A DNA stretch of 64,000 bases, from the NCBI GenBank assembly GCA_002305685.1, contig DBQB01000003.1:49254-113253 (forward strand), given 5' to 3'. The position numbers were made by a program, and so were the translations under genes. This document shows, in pieces, positions 1 through 9,297 of this stretch. The DNA is from Ruminococcaceae bacterium UBA1405 (lineage in GTDB: Bacteria; Bacillota; Clostridia; Oscillospirales; Ruminococcaceae). A model generated the notes under the pieces. The model did no database searches. It saw only the letters and a list, made by a program, of their open reading frames with translations, and was not told the origin of the DNA. Position 1 is the stretch's first letter. Every line of letters starts with the position of its first letter.

Positions 1-525
1 TTCCCGGGTCAAAGCAATGCCGCGGTTTTTGACCATATAGAAAAACAGATCATACTCCTTGGGAGACATATCCACCCGCTGATCGTTGACAAACACCATC
101 CGTCCGGTAAAATCCACCTTGAGCCCCTCAATGACCAGGATATCCTTCTGCGGCTCCGGCTGGGCCGTGCTGCGCTTGATGACGGCGGCAATGCGCATCA
201 TAAGCTCCTTGGGGGAAAAGGGCTTGACCACATAATCGTCAATTCCCAGCTCAAACCCATGGATCTTGTCGTATTCTTCTCCCCGTGCGGAGAGCATAAT
301 CACCGGGACGGTGCAAAATTTGCGAATCTCGCGGCAAGCCGAAAAACCGTCCAGCTCCGGCATCATCACATCCATCACAATCAAATCAAAGGATTGTTTT
401 TTACAAATTTCGATGGCCTCCATGCCGTCGGAGGCTTCTTCCACTTCATATCCCTCAAACAGAGCGTATTTCTTGATCATCTCCCGGATGCCGGTTTCGT
501 CGTCCACAATCAAGATACGATACAT
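1..525 (-). CDS. OmpR-family two-component response regulator (receiver domain plus start of the winged-helix domain). The 3' end is cut by the window edge.
   Basis: My own minus-strand translation from the ATG at 525-523 gives MYRILIVDDETGIREMIKKYALFEGYEVEEASDGMEAIEICKKQSFDLIVMDVMMPELDGF...VVKPFSPKELMMRIAAVIKR. An AAGGAGG RBS lies 8 nt upstream. The ORF is missing from the track because it runs off the window. Confidence 0.85.
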   Translation of the reverse strand, partial: MYRILIVDDETGIREMIKKYALFEGYEVEEASDGMEAIEICKKQSFDLIVMDVMMPELDGFSACREIRKFCTVPVIMLSARGEEYDKIHGFELGIDDYVVKPFSPKELMMRIAAVIKRSTAQPEPQKDILVIEGLKVDFTGRMVFVNDQRVDMSPKEYDLFFYMVKNRGIALTRE

Positions 526-802
526 ATCCCATTCCTCCTTTGGTGATATCCACAAACATTTCAAGTTCATTATACATCATTTGCCGTACACTATGTGAAG
601 GACAGGTGAAACGGCACTGAAAGATAACTGAATTATCAAAAAGCGCAAACCTGATACGGGGAAAGCGGTTTTCCCGCAAAATATGTCGCAGGGCGTAAAT
701 CGATTATACCCGCAAAGGAACAAAAAAGTAAAGAAAAATTGTTCCAAAATCAGTTGTAGGGAAACGCTGTCGAATCATTTGGGGAAAAATCGATTGGACA
801 CA

Positions 803-839
803 AAACCGGCTCCGTGTTTGTTGGACACAGAGCCGGTTT
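803..839. terminator. Hairpin downstream of the 862-1446 gene (AAACCGGCTCcGTGT / ACACaGAGCCGGTTT) with short T runs on both strands
   Basis: The inverted repeat was read directly. The U-tracts are only about 4 nt long. Confidence 0.45.
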
Positions 840-861
840 GTTGTTTGGGCCACCCTCCACT

Positions 862-1446
862 TCACGCCTGATTCCAGACTTCCGGGAAGCGTTGACGCAA
901 AAAGGCACTGTACTTGTCGGAGGGGGTTTCTTTGAGGCGGTATTTCTGAATCTCTTCCGCAACGGTCAGGCGGATGTATTCCAGCTGCCGCCAGTTGAGC
1001 GTATCATAGCGCCGCACCATCAGCTTCCCGCAGCGCTCATATTCCAGCAGTGCTTCCAACACATCCAGCAGCTCCATATAGCCGCACACCTCCACCGGTT
1101 TACGGCTCACCATCGCACAGGGATTGGCGGTGTCTGTTTCCAGAGAAATCTCCGCGTCGCAGTAGCAGTGATAAACATAACCGGTCTTTCCGCCATAAAG
1201 ATCCTCCAACGCGTGGGGATAGTATTCGGTATACACCGGAACCTTGCCCTGAAAACCATAGGGATAAAAACTGTGAGGCTGTTCCACCGGTTTTACAGCA
1301 TAGAGCGCTGCAACCACGGCGTTGGCGGTGAGATACACGCAGGGGGTACGCTGGCAGAAGGAGTGGGGTTCCAAACGGCTCAATCCACCGGTTGGACTTC
1401 CGTGATAATATTCTCTGGCCGTACCTCTGGTTTCCATGAACAGCAC
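862..1446 (-). CDS. Hypothetical protein, family not recognised
   Basis: 194-aa ORF with protein-like composition (METRGTAREYYHGSPTGGLSRLEP...). The overlapping 604-aa plus-strand ORF looks like a GC shadow. The start may be the internal Met at 1437. Confidence 0.5.
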   Translation of the reverse strand: MLFMETRGTAREYYHGSPTGGLSRLEPHSFCQRTPCVYLTANAVVAALYAVKPVEQPHSFYPYGFQGKVPVYTEYYPHALEDLYGGKTGYVYHCYCDAEISLETDTANPCAMVSRKPVEVCGYMELLDVLEALLEYERCGKLMVRRYDTLNWRQLEYIRLTVAEEIQKYRLKETPSDKYSAFLRQRFPEVWNQA

Positions 1447-1461
1447 TCCCCCAAAACTCTT

Positions 1462-2232
1462 TTACTTTTTCTTTTCCAATCCCAGATAATCAAAGAATTT
1501 TTGAATCTCAAGATCCCAAAACTCCCACTGATGTCCATATCCTTCCAGCACATCATACTGATAGTGGAAGGGATCGCCGGGATAGGAGGTAAAGAAATCC
1601 CGCATCAGGTTGTTTTGATAAAGCCAGGGATCGTTGGAGCCGCAGGCATGATACACCTTGGGCGGCGTCACGCCGCTGGCCATCAGCTTGCGCCCCACGC
1701 TCTTAAGGCCATATTCGTTCTGATCCAGATCCCCGTCGCCAAAGAGAACCCATTTCTCCTTCTGACGATGGGAGAAATCCGAATCCGCTTTGTCCCCGGC
1801 GGAAAACGCGCCGATGGCTCCGTAGATATCCGGATTGGTCAGCCCCACATGGATACACCCATATCCGCCGTTGGAAAGGCCCGACACAAAGTTGTCCTCC
1901 CGATTGTGGGAAAGCCTGGGAAAGAGGCCGCGCATAATCTCCACCAGCTCGCGGCCAACGAAATCCCCATACCGCATTCCCACGTTCATGTTGACAAAGC
2001 AGGATTTATGAACTCCCGGCATAACAACCGCCAACTCCCGTTCCCGGGCGTACGCCTCAATACGGCTTTCCCGCAGCCATGCGGTATGGTCGCCGCTTCC
2101 GCCGTGGTACAGCCAGAGGGTTTTGTATTTCTTTTCCGGAGGATAAGGCTCTTTGGGCTGGGGCATCAGTACATATGCGCACATATCCATCCCCAGCACC
2201 TTCGAATAAAACTGTACTTCCATCAGTGCCAT
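1462..2232 (-). CDS. Putative esterase (esterase D / S-formylglutathione-hydrolase-like alpha/beta hydrolase)
   Basis: The start is trimmed to MALMEVQFYSKVLGMDM... at 2232, with a GGAAGGAG RBS inside the upstream gene. The sequence contains LWLYHGGSGDHTAW and GLSNGGYG (GxSxG). Confidence 0.75.
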   Translation of the reverse strand: MALMEVQFYSKVLGMDMCAYVLMPQPKEPYPPEKKYKTLWLYHGGSGDHTAWLRESRIEAYARERELAVVMPGVHKSCFVNMNVGMRYGDFVGRELVEIMRGLFPRLSHNREDNFVSGLSNGGYGCIHVGLTNPDIYGAIGAFSAGDKADSDFSHRQKEKWVLFGDGDLDQNEYGLKSVGRKLMASGVTPPKVYHACGSNDPWLYQNNLMRDFFTSYPGDPFHYQYDVLEGYGHQWEFWDLEIQKFFDYLGLEKKK

Positions 2233-2233
2233 A

Positions 2234-3025
2234 TTACCGCTGCTCCTTCCCGTTTTGTTCCCAGACGTCCAACCATTCCAACACCCGGCAGATTGCCGCG
2301 TCCCAGAATTCCCAGTTGTGTTCCCCTTCCCAGGATTCCAGCTGCACCGGCAGCCCCAGCTGCTCCATCTTCTCCTGGAAGAAGAGGTTATCCTCCCACA
2401 GTGCGTCCTGTTCTCCGCACAGGGAGAGCATCTCTGGCAGATCGGCCTGCTTCTCCTTCTGCCGCTCCGCCAAAGCCAGCAGATCGTTGGGTCCGCCTGC
2501 AAAATTTTCCTCCGGCCCCAGCACATTCACTGCCTGCTTTCCAAATTCATCCTCATGATAGACGATGGAGATATCCAGCGCCCCGGATATGGAGGATGCT
2601 TTGGCAAACTGCTGCGGATAGGTCATAGCGGCGTGATAAGCGCCGTATCCGCCCATGGAAAGGCCTGCGATATACCGGTCCTTTCTCTCCCTGGAGAGAG
2701 GGAACCAGTCCTCGCAGATGGAAGGGAGCTCCCACGCAAGGAAATCGGTGTAATCCTGTCCCGCTGGGGTATTGACATAGCAGCTGTTGTTTCCCGCAGG
2801 CATCACCACCGCCAACGGCAATCCCTCCACATAGCGCAGCAGATTGGATTTGAACACCCAATCGCTCTGGCTTCCTCCGGAACCGTGCAGCAGATAGAGC
2901 GTCTTATAAGGGCCTTTGACCGGCGTGCCGTTTTCCCCGGTAGGGTCATATTGGGGCAAAATCACATCCAGCGGCACCGGCATATGAAGTGCCTGGGACT
3001 CCATTTGTATGTGCAGAAAAGCCAT
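2234..3025 (-). CDS. Putative esterase, tandem paralog of 1462-2232
   Basis: MAFLHIQMESQALHMPVPLDVILP..., LYLLHGSGGSQSDW, GLSMGGYG. An AGGAGG RBS is present. The stop lies 1 nt from the next start. Confidence 0.75.
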   Translation of the reverse strand: MAFLHIQMESQALHMPVPLDVILPQYDPTGENGTPVKGPYKTLYLLHGSGGSQSDWVFKSNLLRYVEGLPLAVVMPAGNNSCYVNTPAGQDYTDFLAWELPSICEDWFPLSRERKDRYIAGLSMGGYGAYHAAMTYPQQFAKASSISGALDISIVYHEDEFGKQAVNVLGPEENFAGGPNDLLALAERQKEKQADLPEMLSLCGEQDALWEDNLFFQEKMEQLGLPVQLESWEGEHNWEFWDAAICRVLEWLDVWEQNGKEQR

Positions 3026-3083
3026 ATCCTTTTTTCCTCCTTTTTAGCCGCTGCGGCAAAAACATCCACAGGTATCCCTGCGC

Positions 3084-4616
3084 TCAGTCTTTTTTCCCCT
3101 GAGGACGAATCTTTAAATCCCCCTTGAGATCCCCGAAAGCGGGACCTTTGGCATAGACAGTGGCAATGTGACAAAGCAGCTGTTCCATCATTCTCAGTTT
3201 TACCGGCAGATATTCGGGATTGTCATACTGGTTATACCATTCGTGGGGATCCTTTTTCAGATCATACAGCTCCCCTTTGAGAGGGGTGTCATCCAGCACC
3301 GTACCTTCCCGGAACAGGATCAGCTTATAATCCTTGTTTCTCCACATCCATGCGGGGGCCGGCTGAGGAACCTCAGGACCACCTCCATGGAATTCGCTGA
3401 AGGCACCGGGACGTACCCGGTCGGAAAGCAGGCTGATTCCTGGCAAACGGGGATCCGCATCGATTCCCACCGCGTCGCAGATGGTAGGGATCAAATCCAC
3501 CAGCTCCGCCGGCCGCTCGTCCACCGTTCCCTTCTTCTCCTGGGGAATCAGGTTTCCGGAAAGGATCATGGGCACACGGACACTGCTGTCAAACAGACAA
3601 TATTTGCTGAAGCGGAAATCCCGCTCACCCATCATATCCCCATGGTCGGAAACAAACAAAATCAAGGCATTGTCCAGCAGCCCTCTCTGGCGCATCTTCT
3701 CCACCGCTTTGCCGATGAAATCGTCCAGGAAGGTGCAGTTGGCCCAATAGCGCAGGGTGGTGCGGCGGCGCTGCTCGGAGGTAAGGGTTTTCCAGTGGGC
3801 CTTAATCTCCTCGTGACGGGTGCGCAGCGCCTCGCTAACCTTGGATACCGCCCGCACATGGGTATCCGGCTCTTCCTCCCAGGGCGGCAGCTCCAGATCC
3901 GGGATATCCTCCAGCCGGTACTGACTCTCATACTCCGGCGGCACATTGAATCCGGCATGGGGCTTGATGAAGGATAGATACAAAAACAGCGGCTGATCCT
4001 CCGGGATAGGCCCATCCAAAAATTCCATGCATTTGGTAAAGATAAAACCGTCCCGATGGTGTTCTTTGGGAAGGGTGCTGGTACATCCGGTATATCCCAG
4101 ATAGTTTTCCTCGCCTCCGCCCCAGTTTTTGGTCTCCTCAAAGTAAGCCTTCAGCCCCTCCGGGTCCTGGCCTTCGTCGTCCATCATGGTGGCGCCGTAC
4201 TCGTAGCAGGAGGAATTTTTGGACTGTCCCTCCGCCCGCACGTCAAACCCGCGCTTGGAGGGCTTGTCGGTAAAAGCGCCGTTGTTCCAGTGGGTCTTGC
4301 CGAAACCGGCGGTAAAATATCCGGCGTCCTTCATCAGCTGGGGCAGCGGCCTGCTGGGCAGACGGGTTTCGTCAAAGATTCCCCCGGCATTGGTTCGCAC
4401 GCCAATCTGGGAAGCATACATCCCGAACATCATCGAGTTGCGGCTGGGAACGCACATAGGGCACTGACAGACAGCCTGATTAAAAATAATTCCGTCCGCC
4501 GCCAGCTTATCCAGATTGGGGGTTTTGATGTAGGAATTAAAACGGCCGATACAATCCCAACGCTGCTGATCGGTCATCAGAAAGATAACGTTGGGTTTTT
4601 TCACGGTATTGGACAT
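3084..4616 (-). CDS. Sulfatase (Cys-type, formylglycine-dependent arylsulfatase family)
   Basis: N-terminus PNVIFLMTDQQRWD and the C-x-P-x-R signature CVPSRNSMMFG. The sequence also contains LFVSDHGDMMGE. An AGGAGG RBS is present. Confidence 0.85.
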   Translation of the reverse strand: MSNTVKKPNVIFLMTDQQRWDCIGRFNSYIKTPNLDKLAADGIIFNQAVCQCPMCVPSRNSMMFGMYASQIGVRTNAGGIFDETRLPSRPLPQLMKDAGYFTAGFGKTHWNNGAFTDKPSKRGFDVRAEGQSKNSSCYEYGATMMDDEGQDPEGLKAYFEETKNWGGGEENYLGYTGCTSTLPKEHHRDGFIFTKCMEFLDGPIPEDQPLFLYLSFIKPHAGFNVPPEYESQYRLEDIPDLELPPWEEEPDTHVRAVSKVSEALRTRHEEIKAHWKTLTSEQRRRTTLRYWANCTFLDDFIGKAVEKMRQRGLLDNALILFVSDHGDMMGERDFRFSKYCLFDSSVRVPMILSGNLIPQEKKGTVDERPAELVDLIPTICDAVGIDADPRLPGISLLSDRVRPGAFSEFHGGGPEVPQPAPAWMWRNKDYKLILFREGTVLDDTPLKGELYDLKKDPHEWYNQYDNPEYLPVKLRMMEQLLCHIATVYAKGPAFGDLKGDLKIRPQGKKD

Positions 4617-4792
4617 ATCCGGTATCCTCCTTTATGTTGAGCGGTTCTATGGCTGTAGACACAGAACCGACAGATCGCAAAACAATCTGTCGTTATTATA
4701 GCATATCATCTGGAAAAAACAAACAAAATCATGGAATGCTTCAAAAAACCTTTTTGTTTATTTTGTGATACCCAAAACCATCCGTAGGAGAT

Positions 4793-4828
4793 AAAAAACT
4801 GCCGGCATCGATTTTATCGGTGCCGGCA
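4793..4828 (-). terminator. Rho-independent terminator after the 4838-5677 gene
   Basis: On the minus strand, a TGCCGGCAcCGAT / ATCGAtGCCGGCA hairpin is followed by T6. Confidence 0.6.
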
Positions 4829-4837
4829 TCCCATCGC

Positions 4838-5677
4838 TTACAGCATTCCAAATTGACGGCGCAAGAAGGTCATGCAAAGCTCTTTCCATTTTCCGGTTTC
4901 AGGCAGAACCCCTGCGGGGGATGCGGATACATCCGGCTGGCAGGTGGAGAGGCCATGGGCCCCCTTCTCAAAGATGTGCAGCTCAAAGGGAATATGATGC
5001 TGCCGCAGCGCCATGGCAAAGAGCAGGGAGTTTTCCACCGGGACCGAACCATCCTCCATGGTATGCCAGAGGAAACAGGGAGGGGTCTGCTCCCCAACAA
5101 ACCGTTCCAGCGACATGGAAGCATAGGCCTGCTGGGGAAGGCCCTTGCCCAGCAGCTGATCGAAGGAACCCTGATGGCTGTACACACCGCTGACCAGCAC
5201 CGGATAGTTGAGCAGCAGCGCGTTGGGTTTTAGCATTTCGCTGTCACATCCCAGCTGGGACGCAAGGGAACTGTCGTTCCAGAATACCCCCAGCGAAGCC
5301 GCCAGATGTCCTCCCGCGGAGGAGCCCATCACCGCAATGCGCCCGGCGTCCAGATGCCATGCGCCGGCGTTGCGGCGAATCAGCTGCATCGCCCATGCAA
5401 GATCGGTCAGCGGACGTTTTTCCAGCGGAGAAAACGCCTCTCCTGTGGCTCCATGGGTGATGGAATATTCCAGCACAAAGGCGTGAAACCCATTGGCGTT
5501 AAACCACACCGCCAGATTCTCCCCTTCTCTGGGGGAGAGATGGCTGTAACCGCCGCCGGGGCAGATGACCACCGCCGGGCGGATATCCCCCTCCAGCATA
5601 CCGGGGATGGGATCCATGACAAAGGTGCTCAGGCAAACTTCCGGCACAGCATCGCGATACATTTTCTCATAAAGCAT
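4838..5677 (-). CDS. Alpha/beta hydrolase (acetyl-esterase/lipase-like)
   Basis: VVICPGGGYSHL (oxyanion-hole HGGG-like motif) and GSSAGGHLA (GxSxG). The start is set at MLYEKMY, which has an AAGGAGAG RBS. The track ORF begins 19 codons earlier. Confidence 0.7.
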   Translation of the reverse strand: MLYEKMYRDAVPEVCLSTFVMDPIPGMLEGDIRPAVVICPGGGYSHLSPREGENLAVWFNANGFHAFVLEYSITHGATGEAFSPLEKRPLTDLAWAMQLIRRNAGAWHLDAGRIAVMGSSAGGHLAASLGVFWNDSSLASQLGCDSEMLKPNALLLNYPVLVSGVYSHQGSFDQLLGKGLPQQAYASMSLERFVGEQTPPCFLWHTMEDGSVPVENSLLFAMALRQHHIPFELHIFEKGAHGLSTCQPDVSASPAGVLPETGKWKELCMTFLRRQFGML

Positions 5678-5778
5678 GGCAGCAACTCTCCTTTTGGCTT
5701 GATTGTTGGATATGGCATACAAAAAAACGGACATAAGCGGATCTTCTCCAGCTCATGTCCGTTATCATTCAGATCAAA

Positions 5779-7725
5779 TTACTCAGCGGTCTCCTCGGTG
5801 GCAGCAGGGGCTTCCTCGGCCAGTGCTCTCATGGACAGGCTGATTCTCTTCTTATCAAAGTCCAGCTCGGTGATCTTCACCTCAACCTCATCGCCAATGC
5901 TCAGGACATCCTGGGGTTTGGCAATGCGCTGGGTAGAAATCTGAGAGATATGGATCAGGCCATCCACACCGGGGATGATCTGGGCAAAAGCGCCGAAGGT
6001 GGTCATGGAAACAATCTTCACCTTCACCACGTCGCCAACATGGTAGTTGGCTTTGAGGATCTCCCAAGGATTGTCCTCCGCCTTCTTGTAGCCCAGGGAA
6101 ATCTTATGGTTCTCACGGTCCAGATCCCGGACATACACCTCCACGGTGTCGCCGATGTTCAGAACCTCAGAGGGATGCTTGATGCGGTTCCAGGAAAGCT
6201 CGGAGATATGGACCATACCGTCCACACCGCCCAGATCCACAAACGCGCCGTAGGACACGATGGATTTGACAACGCCGGTGTAGGTCTTGCCCACCTCGAT
6301 CTCGCTCCAGAACTTCTCCTCCAGGGCTTTTCTCTGCTCACGCAGAACTGCCTTGATGGAACCTACCGCTCTCTTGCGCTCGGGGTTGGTCTCGATGATC
6401 TTAAACTCTACCGGCTGTTTGAGCATAACCGAGAGATCTTCCACTCTGGACAGGGAAACATGGGAAGCGGGGATAAACACCTTAACGCCGTTGGTCAGCG
6501 CCAAAACGCCTTTGTTGACAACCTCAACCACAACGCCTTTGAGGATCTCGCCGGTGTCCTTGGCTTCCATCACTTTGCGGATACCAGCCTGTGCATCCAG
6601 ACGTTTCTTGGAGAGCATAACAGTACCCTCCACGTCGTTGGTGCGCACCACCAGCAGCTCCAGCTCGTCGCCGGGCTTATAGGCCTCTTCCACCTTGACG
6701 GTGGGATCGTCGGTCAGCTCATGCAGCGGCACATAGCCGGCATATTTGGTGCCGATATCCACCTGAAGCTCGGTGGGGGTCACGCCCAAAACAATACCTT
6801 TGACAATCTGGCCATTGTATGTAGTAAAGGTAGACTGATTCAAAAGCTCCTCAAAATTTTCTTCCTGATGATTGTTCATCATTTCACTCATGGTTTCTTG
6901 TACCTCCTTAATTATACGAGCCGGTGTGGAAGCACCGGCAGTAATGCCGATACGATGGCAATGTTCGGGAATCATTTCCCGGCTGAGTTCCGATACCGTC
7001 TCCACCAAAACCGTGGGACAATACCGGGCGCAGATGTCGCGCAGCTTGGCGGTGTTTGAACTTTGCCTTCCCCCCACAACCACCATCAGGTCAGATTGCT
7101 GGGCCAGCGCGGCTGCTTCCCGCTGTCGAGTGCTGGTAGCACTACATATTGTATCAAAAATCAAAAGATTTGTACACTGTTTTTTTGCAGAATTTACGCT
7201 TTTTTCCCATTCTCCGGTATGAAAGGTGGTCTGTGCCACCAAAACAATGAGGTTGTTCACAGAATATTCATCTTTTGACAGAATGGTCCGCAGTTGCTGC
7301 TCATTTTGAAAGGTATCCACAGGACACCGGCAATGGCCGACAATTCCCTGCACCTCCGGATGGTTGGGATCCCCGGCAATCAAAATCCGCTGGGTCTCCC
7401 CGGAATACGCCGATACAATCCGATGGATCTTGGCCACAAACGGACAGGTGGCGTCCAATATCTCCACCCCGCGCTGCAGCAGCGCGTCGTACACAGCCTG
7501 GCTCACACCGTGGGAGCGGATGACGACGGTATCCCCCGGCATCGCCTCCTCCGGCTCATGGATGGCATATACCCCCAACTCCAGAAGCTGCTGTACCATC
7601 TGAGGATTGTGAATGATGGGGCCGAAGGTGCGAACCCTCTTTCCCTCCTTCACCGCTGCAAACACCATATCCACCGCCCGGCTCACACCAAAGCAGAACC
7701 CAGCGCTTTTGGCAACGGTCACCAT
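5779..7725 (-). CDS. ispH: Bifunctional 4-hydroxy-3-methylbut-2-enyl diphosphate reductase (IspH/LytB) fused to ribosomal protein S1-type repeats
   Basis: The N-terminal ~280 aa is LytB-like ([18 protein letters not shown]...). The C-terminal half holds repeated S1 motifs ([26 protein letters not shown]). Confidence 0.85.
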   Translation of the reverse strand: MVTVAKSAGFCFGVSRAVDMVFAAVKEGKRVRTFGPIIHNPQMVQQLLELGVYAIHEPEEAMPGDTVVIRSHGVSQAVYDALLQRGVEILDATCPFVAKIHRIVSAYSGETQRILIAGDPNHPEVQGIVGHCRCPVDTFQNEQQLRTILSKDEYSVNNLIVLVAQTTFHTGEWEKSVNSAKKQCTNLLIFDTICSATSTRQREAAALAQQSDLMVVVGGRQSSNTAKLRDICARYCPTVLVETVSELSREMIPEHCHRIGITAGASTPARIIKEVQETMSEMMNNHQEENFEELLNQSTFTTYNGQIVKGIVLGVTPTELQVDIGTKYAGYVPLHELTDDPTVKVEEAYKPGDELELLVVRTNDVEGTVMLSKKRLDAQAGIRKVMEAKDTGEILKGVVVEVVNKGVLALTNGVKVFIPASHVSLSRVEDLSVMLKQPVEFKIIETNPERKRAVGSIKAVLREQRKALEEKFWSEIEVGKTYTGVVKSIVSYGAFVDLGGVDGMVHISELSWNRIKHPSEVLNIGDTVEVYVRDLDRENHKISLGYKKAEDNPWEILKANYHVGDVVKVKIVSMTTFGAFAQIIPGVDGLIHISQISTQRIAKPQDVLSIGDEVEVKITELDFDKKRISLSMRALAEEAPAATEETAE

Positions 7726-7918
7726 ATGGCCTTTCCCTCCCAGAATCCAACTGAAACCGGTGTTCTCACCATACTTATTATTATATCAGATTTTTTCGGT
7801 TTATCCAGTGGCAAAATCAGCCTGTTTAAGACCGAATTTTGAATTTTTCAAGAACATTTCGACAAATTCTCATATTCGACCTCTTTCGGGAGAACAATGG
7901 AAATTTTTGCCTTGTCCT

Positions 7919-8548
7919 TTACCGTTCTTTCTCCTGCTGCTCTGCTGCGGCAGCGGGCAGCGTCACCAGCTCTACAATCCGGCCCATAATCAGTTTGCTG
8001 GCCCGCTTCATCTCGCTGGGGGTGCTGTGTTCAGCGCCCAGCTCCTCAAAACGGATCATCTTTCCATAGCGGATGGTCACCACCGAACGAAACCGCAGCG
8101 GCGGCTCAAAGGAGATGGCCACCGGCAGGATGTCCGCCTTGGTCTGCATCGCCACCAGCGCCGCGCCGGATTTGGGCTTTCCTGGGGTACCATCCTTGGA
8201 ACGGGTCCCTTCCGGGAACATAGCCAACACCTTTCCGGATTTAAGGGTATCCACCGCAAAGTCGATGGCGCTGTTGTCGCCCTTTCCCCGCTCGACCGGG
8301 AAGGCACCCAACCCTTTGATGATGGCGCCGAAAAACCAGTTTTTGAACAGCTCCTGCTTCGCCATGAAGAAGAGCTGTGGCCGGATCTTCTGGGCAATAA
8401 AAAGCGGGTCCAGTACGGTTCGGTGGTTGGAACAGACCATAAAACCGCCCCGCTGATCAATGTTTTCCTTTCCTTCGTACCGCATTCGAAATGCAATATG
8501 GATGAAGGCGTTGGTCAATTTTTTCGCAACAAAGTAAAATAAACTCAC
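7919..8548 (-). CDS. plsC: 1-acyl-sn-glycerol-3-phosphate acyltransferase
   Basis: NHRTVLDP (HX4D) and FPEGTRS motifs. The start is set at a GTG overlapping the cmk stop (GTGA). The track ORF extends further 5' into cmk. Confidence 0.8.
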   Translation of the reverse strand: MSLFYFVAKKLTNAFIHIAFRMRYEGKENIDQRGGFMVCSNHRTVLDPLFIAQKIRPQLFFMAKQELFKNWFFGAIIKGLGAFPVERGKGDNSAIDFAVDTLKSGKVLAMFPEGTRSKDGTPGKPKSGAALVAMQTKADILPVAISFEPPLRFRSVVTIRYGKMIRFEELGAEHSTPSEMKRASKLIMGRIVELVTLPAAAAEQQEKER

Positions 8549-9231
8549 GGCAAACGTTCCCCTTTCTTCTCCAGCTGCTCCAAGATCAAGGCTTCCAGCC
8601 GTTGCAAAGAAGTTTCCAGCGTCTCCCCGGTGGTATCCACCAGCAAAGCATCCGAAGCCTGACACAGCGGTGCCACCGAACGATGGGAGTCATCGTAATC
8701 CCGCTGAATCACTGTGCGCAGCACCTCCTCATAGGGGGTATCATCCCCTTTTTGCTGCAGATCCAGGTACCGGCGTCTGGCCCGGTCTTCTGCTGAGGCG
8801 GTGAGAAAGATCTTGACCGTGGCCTGAGGAAGCACCACGGTACCGATATCCCGTCCATCCATCATAACGTTGTGTTTTTGGGCCAGTTCCCGCTGTAGGG
8901 AAAACAAAAAGTCCCGCACTTCCTTGATGGCGGAGACCTGCGAGGCAGCAGCGGAGACCGCCTGGGTCCGGATCTGACCGGTGACATCCTCCCCGTTGAC
9001 CAGCACCCGCTGGCCATCCTCCCGGTAGCACAGCTCCACCGAAAGGGAGGAGAGCAGCGGCACGACCTGGGCTGGATCTCCGGGATGTTTGCCGTGATCC
9101 AACATATATTTTCCGATGGCGCGGTACAGCGCCCCGGTATCCACATAGAGAAATCCGAATTTTTGGGCCAACGTCTTGGCGATGGTACTCTTTCCGGCTC
9201 CCGCCGGGCCGTCCAACGCGACTGAAAGCAT
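8545..9231 (-). CDS. cmk: Cytidylate kinase
   Basis: MLSVALDGPAGAGKSTIAKTLAQKFGFLYVDTGALYRA. The length of 228 aa and the position upstream of plsC and ispH-S1 also fit. Confidence 0.9.
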   Translation of the reverse strand: MLSVALDGPAGAGKSTIAKTLAQKFGFLYVDTGALYRAIGKYMLDHGKHPGDPAQVVPLLSSLSVELCYREDGQRVLVNGEDVTGQIRTQAVSAAASQVSAIKEVRDFLFSLQRELAQKHNVMMDGRDIGTVVLPQATVKIFLTASAEDRARRRYLDLQQKGDDTPYEEVLRTVIQRDYDDSHRSVAPLCQASDALLVDTTGETLETSLQRLEALILEQLEKKGERLP

Positions 9232-9297
9232 GATGATCCATTCCTTCCACTTATTTATCTAGGGCTTTTCCCGGCAATTCTCTCGCCGGTATCCCCA

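Noticed and set aside
814-2628. 604-aa plus-strand ORF spanning the hypothetical gene and two esterase genes
   Set aside because: It has a Gly/Arg/His/Pro-rich, repetitive-looking composition and no RBS. The opposite strand encodes recognisable esterase-family proteins with RBSs, so this is a typical GC-rich shadow ORF.
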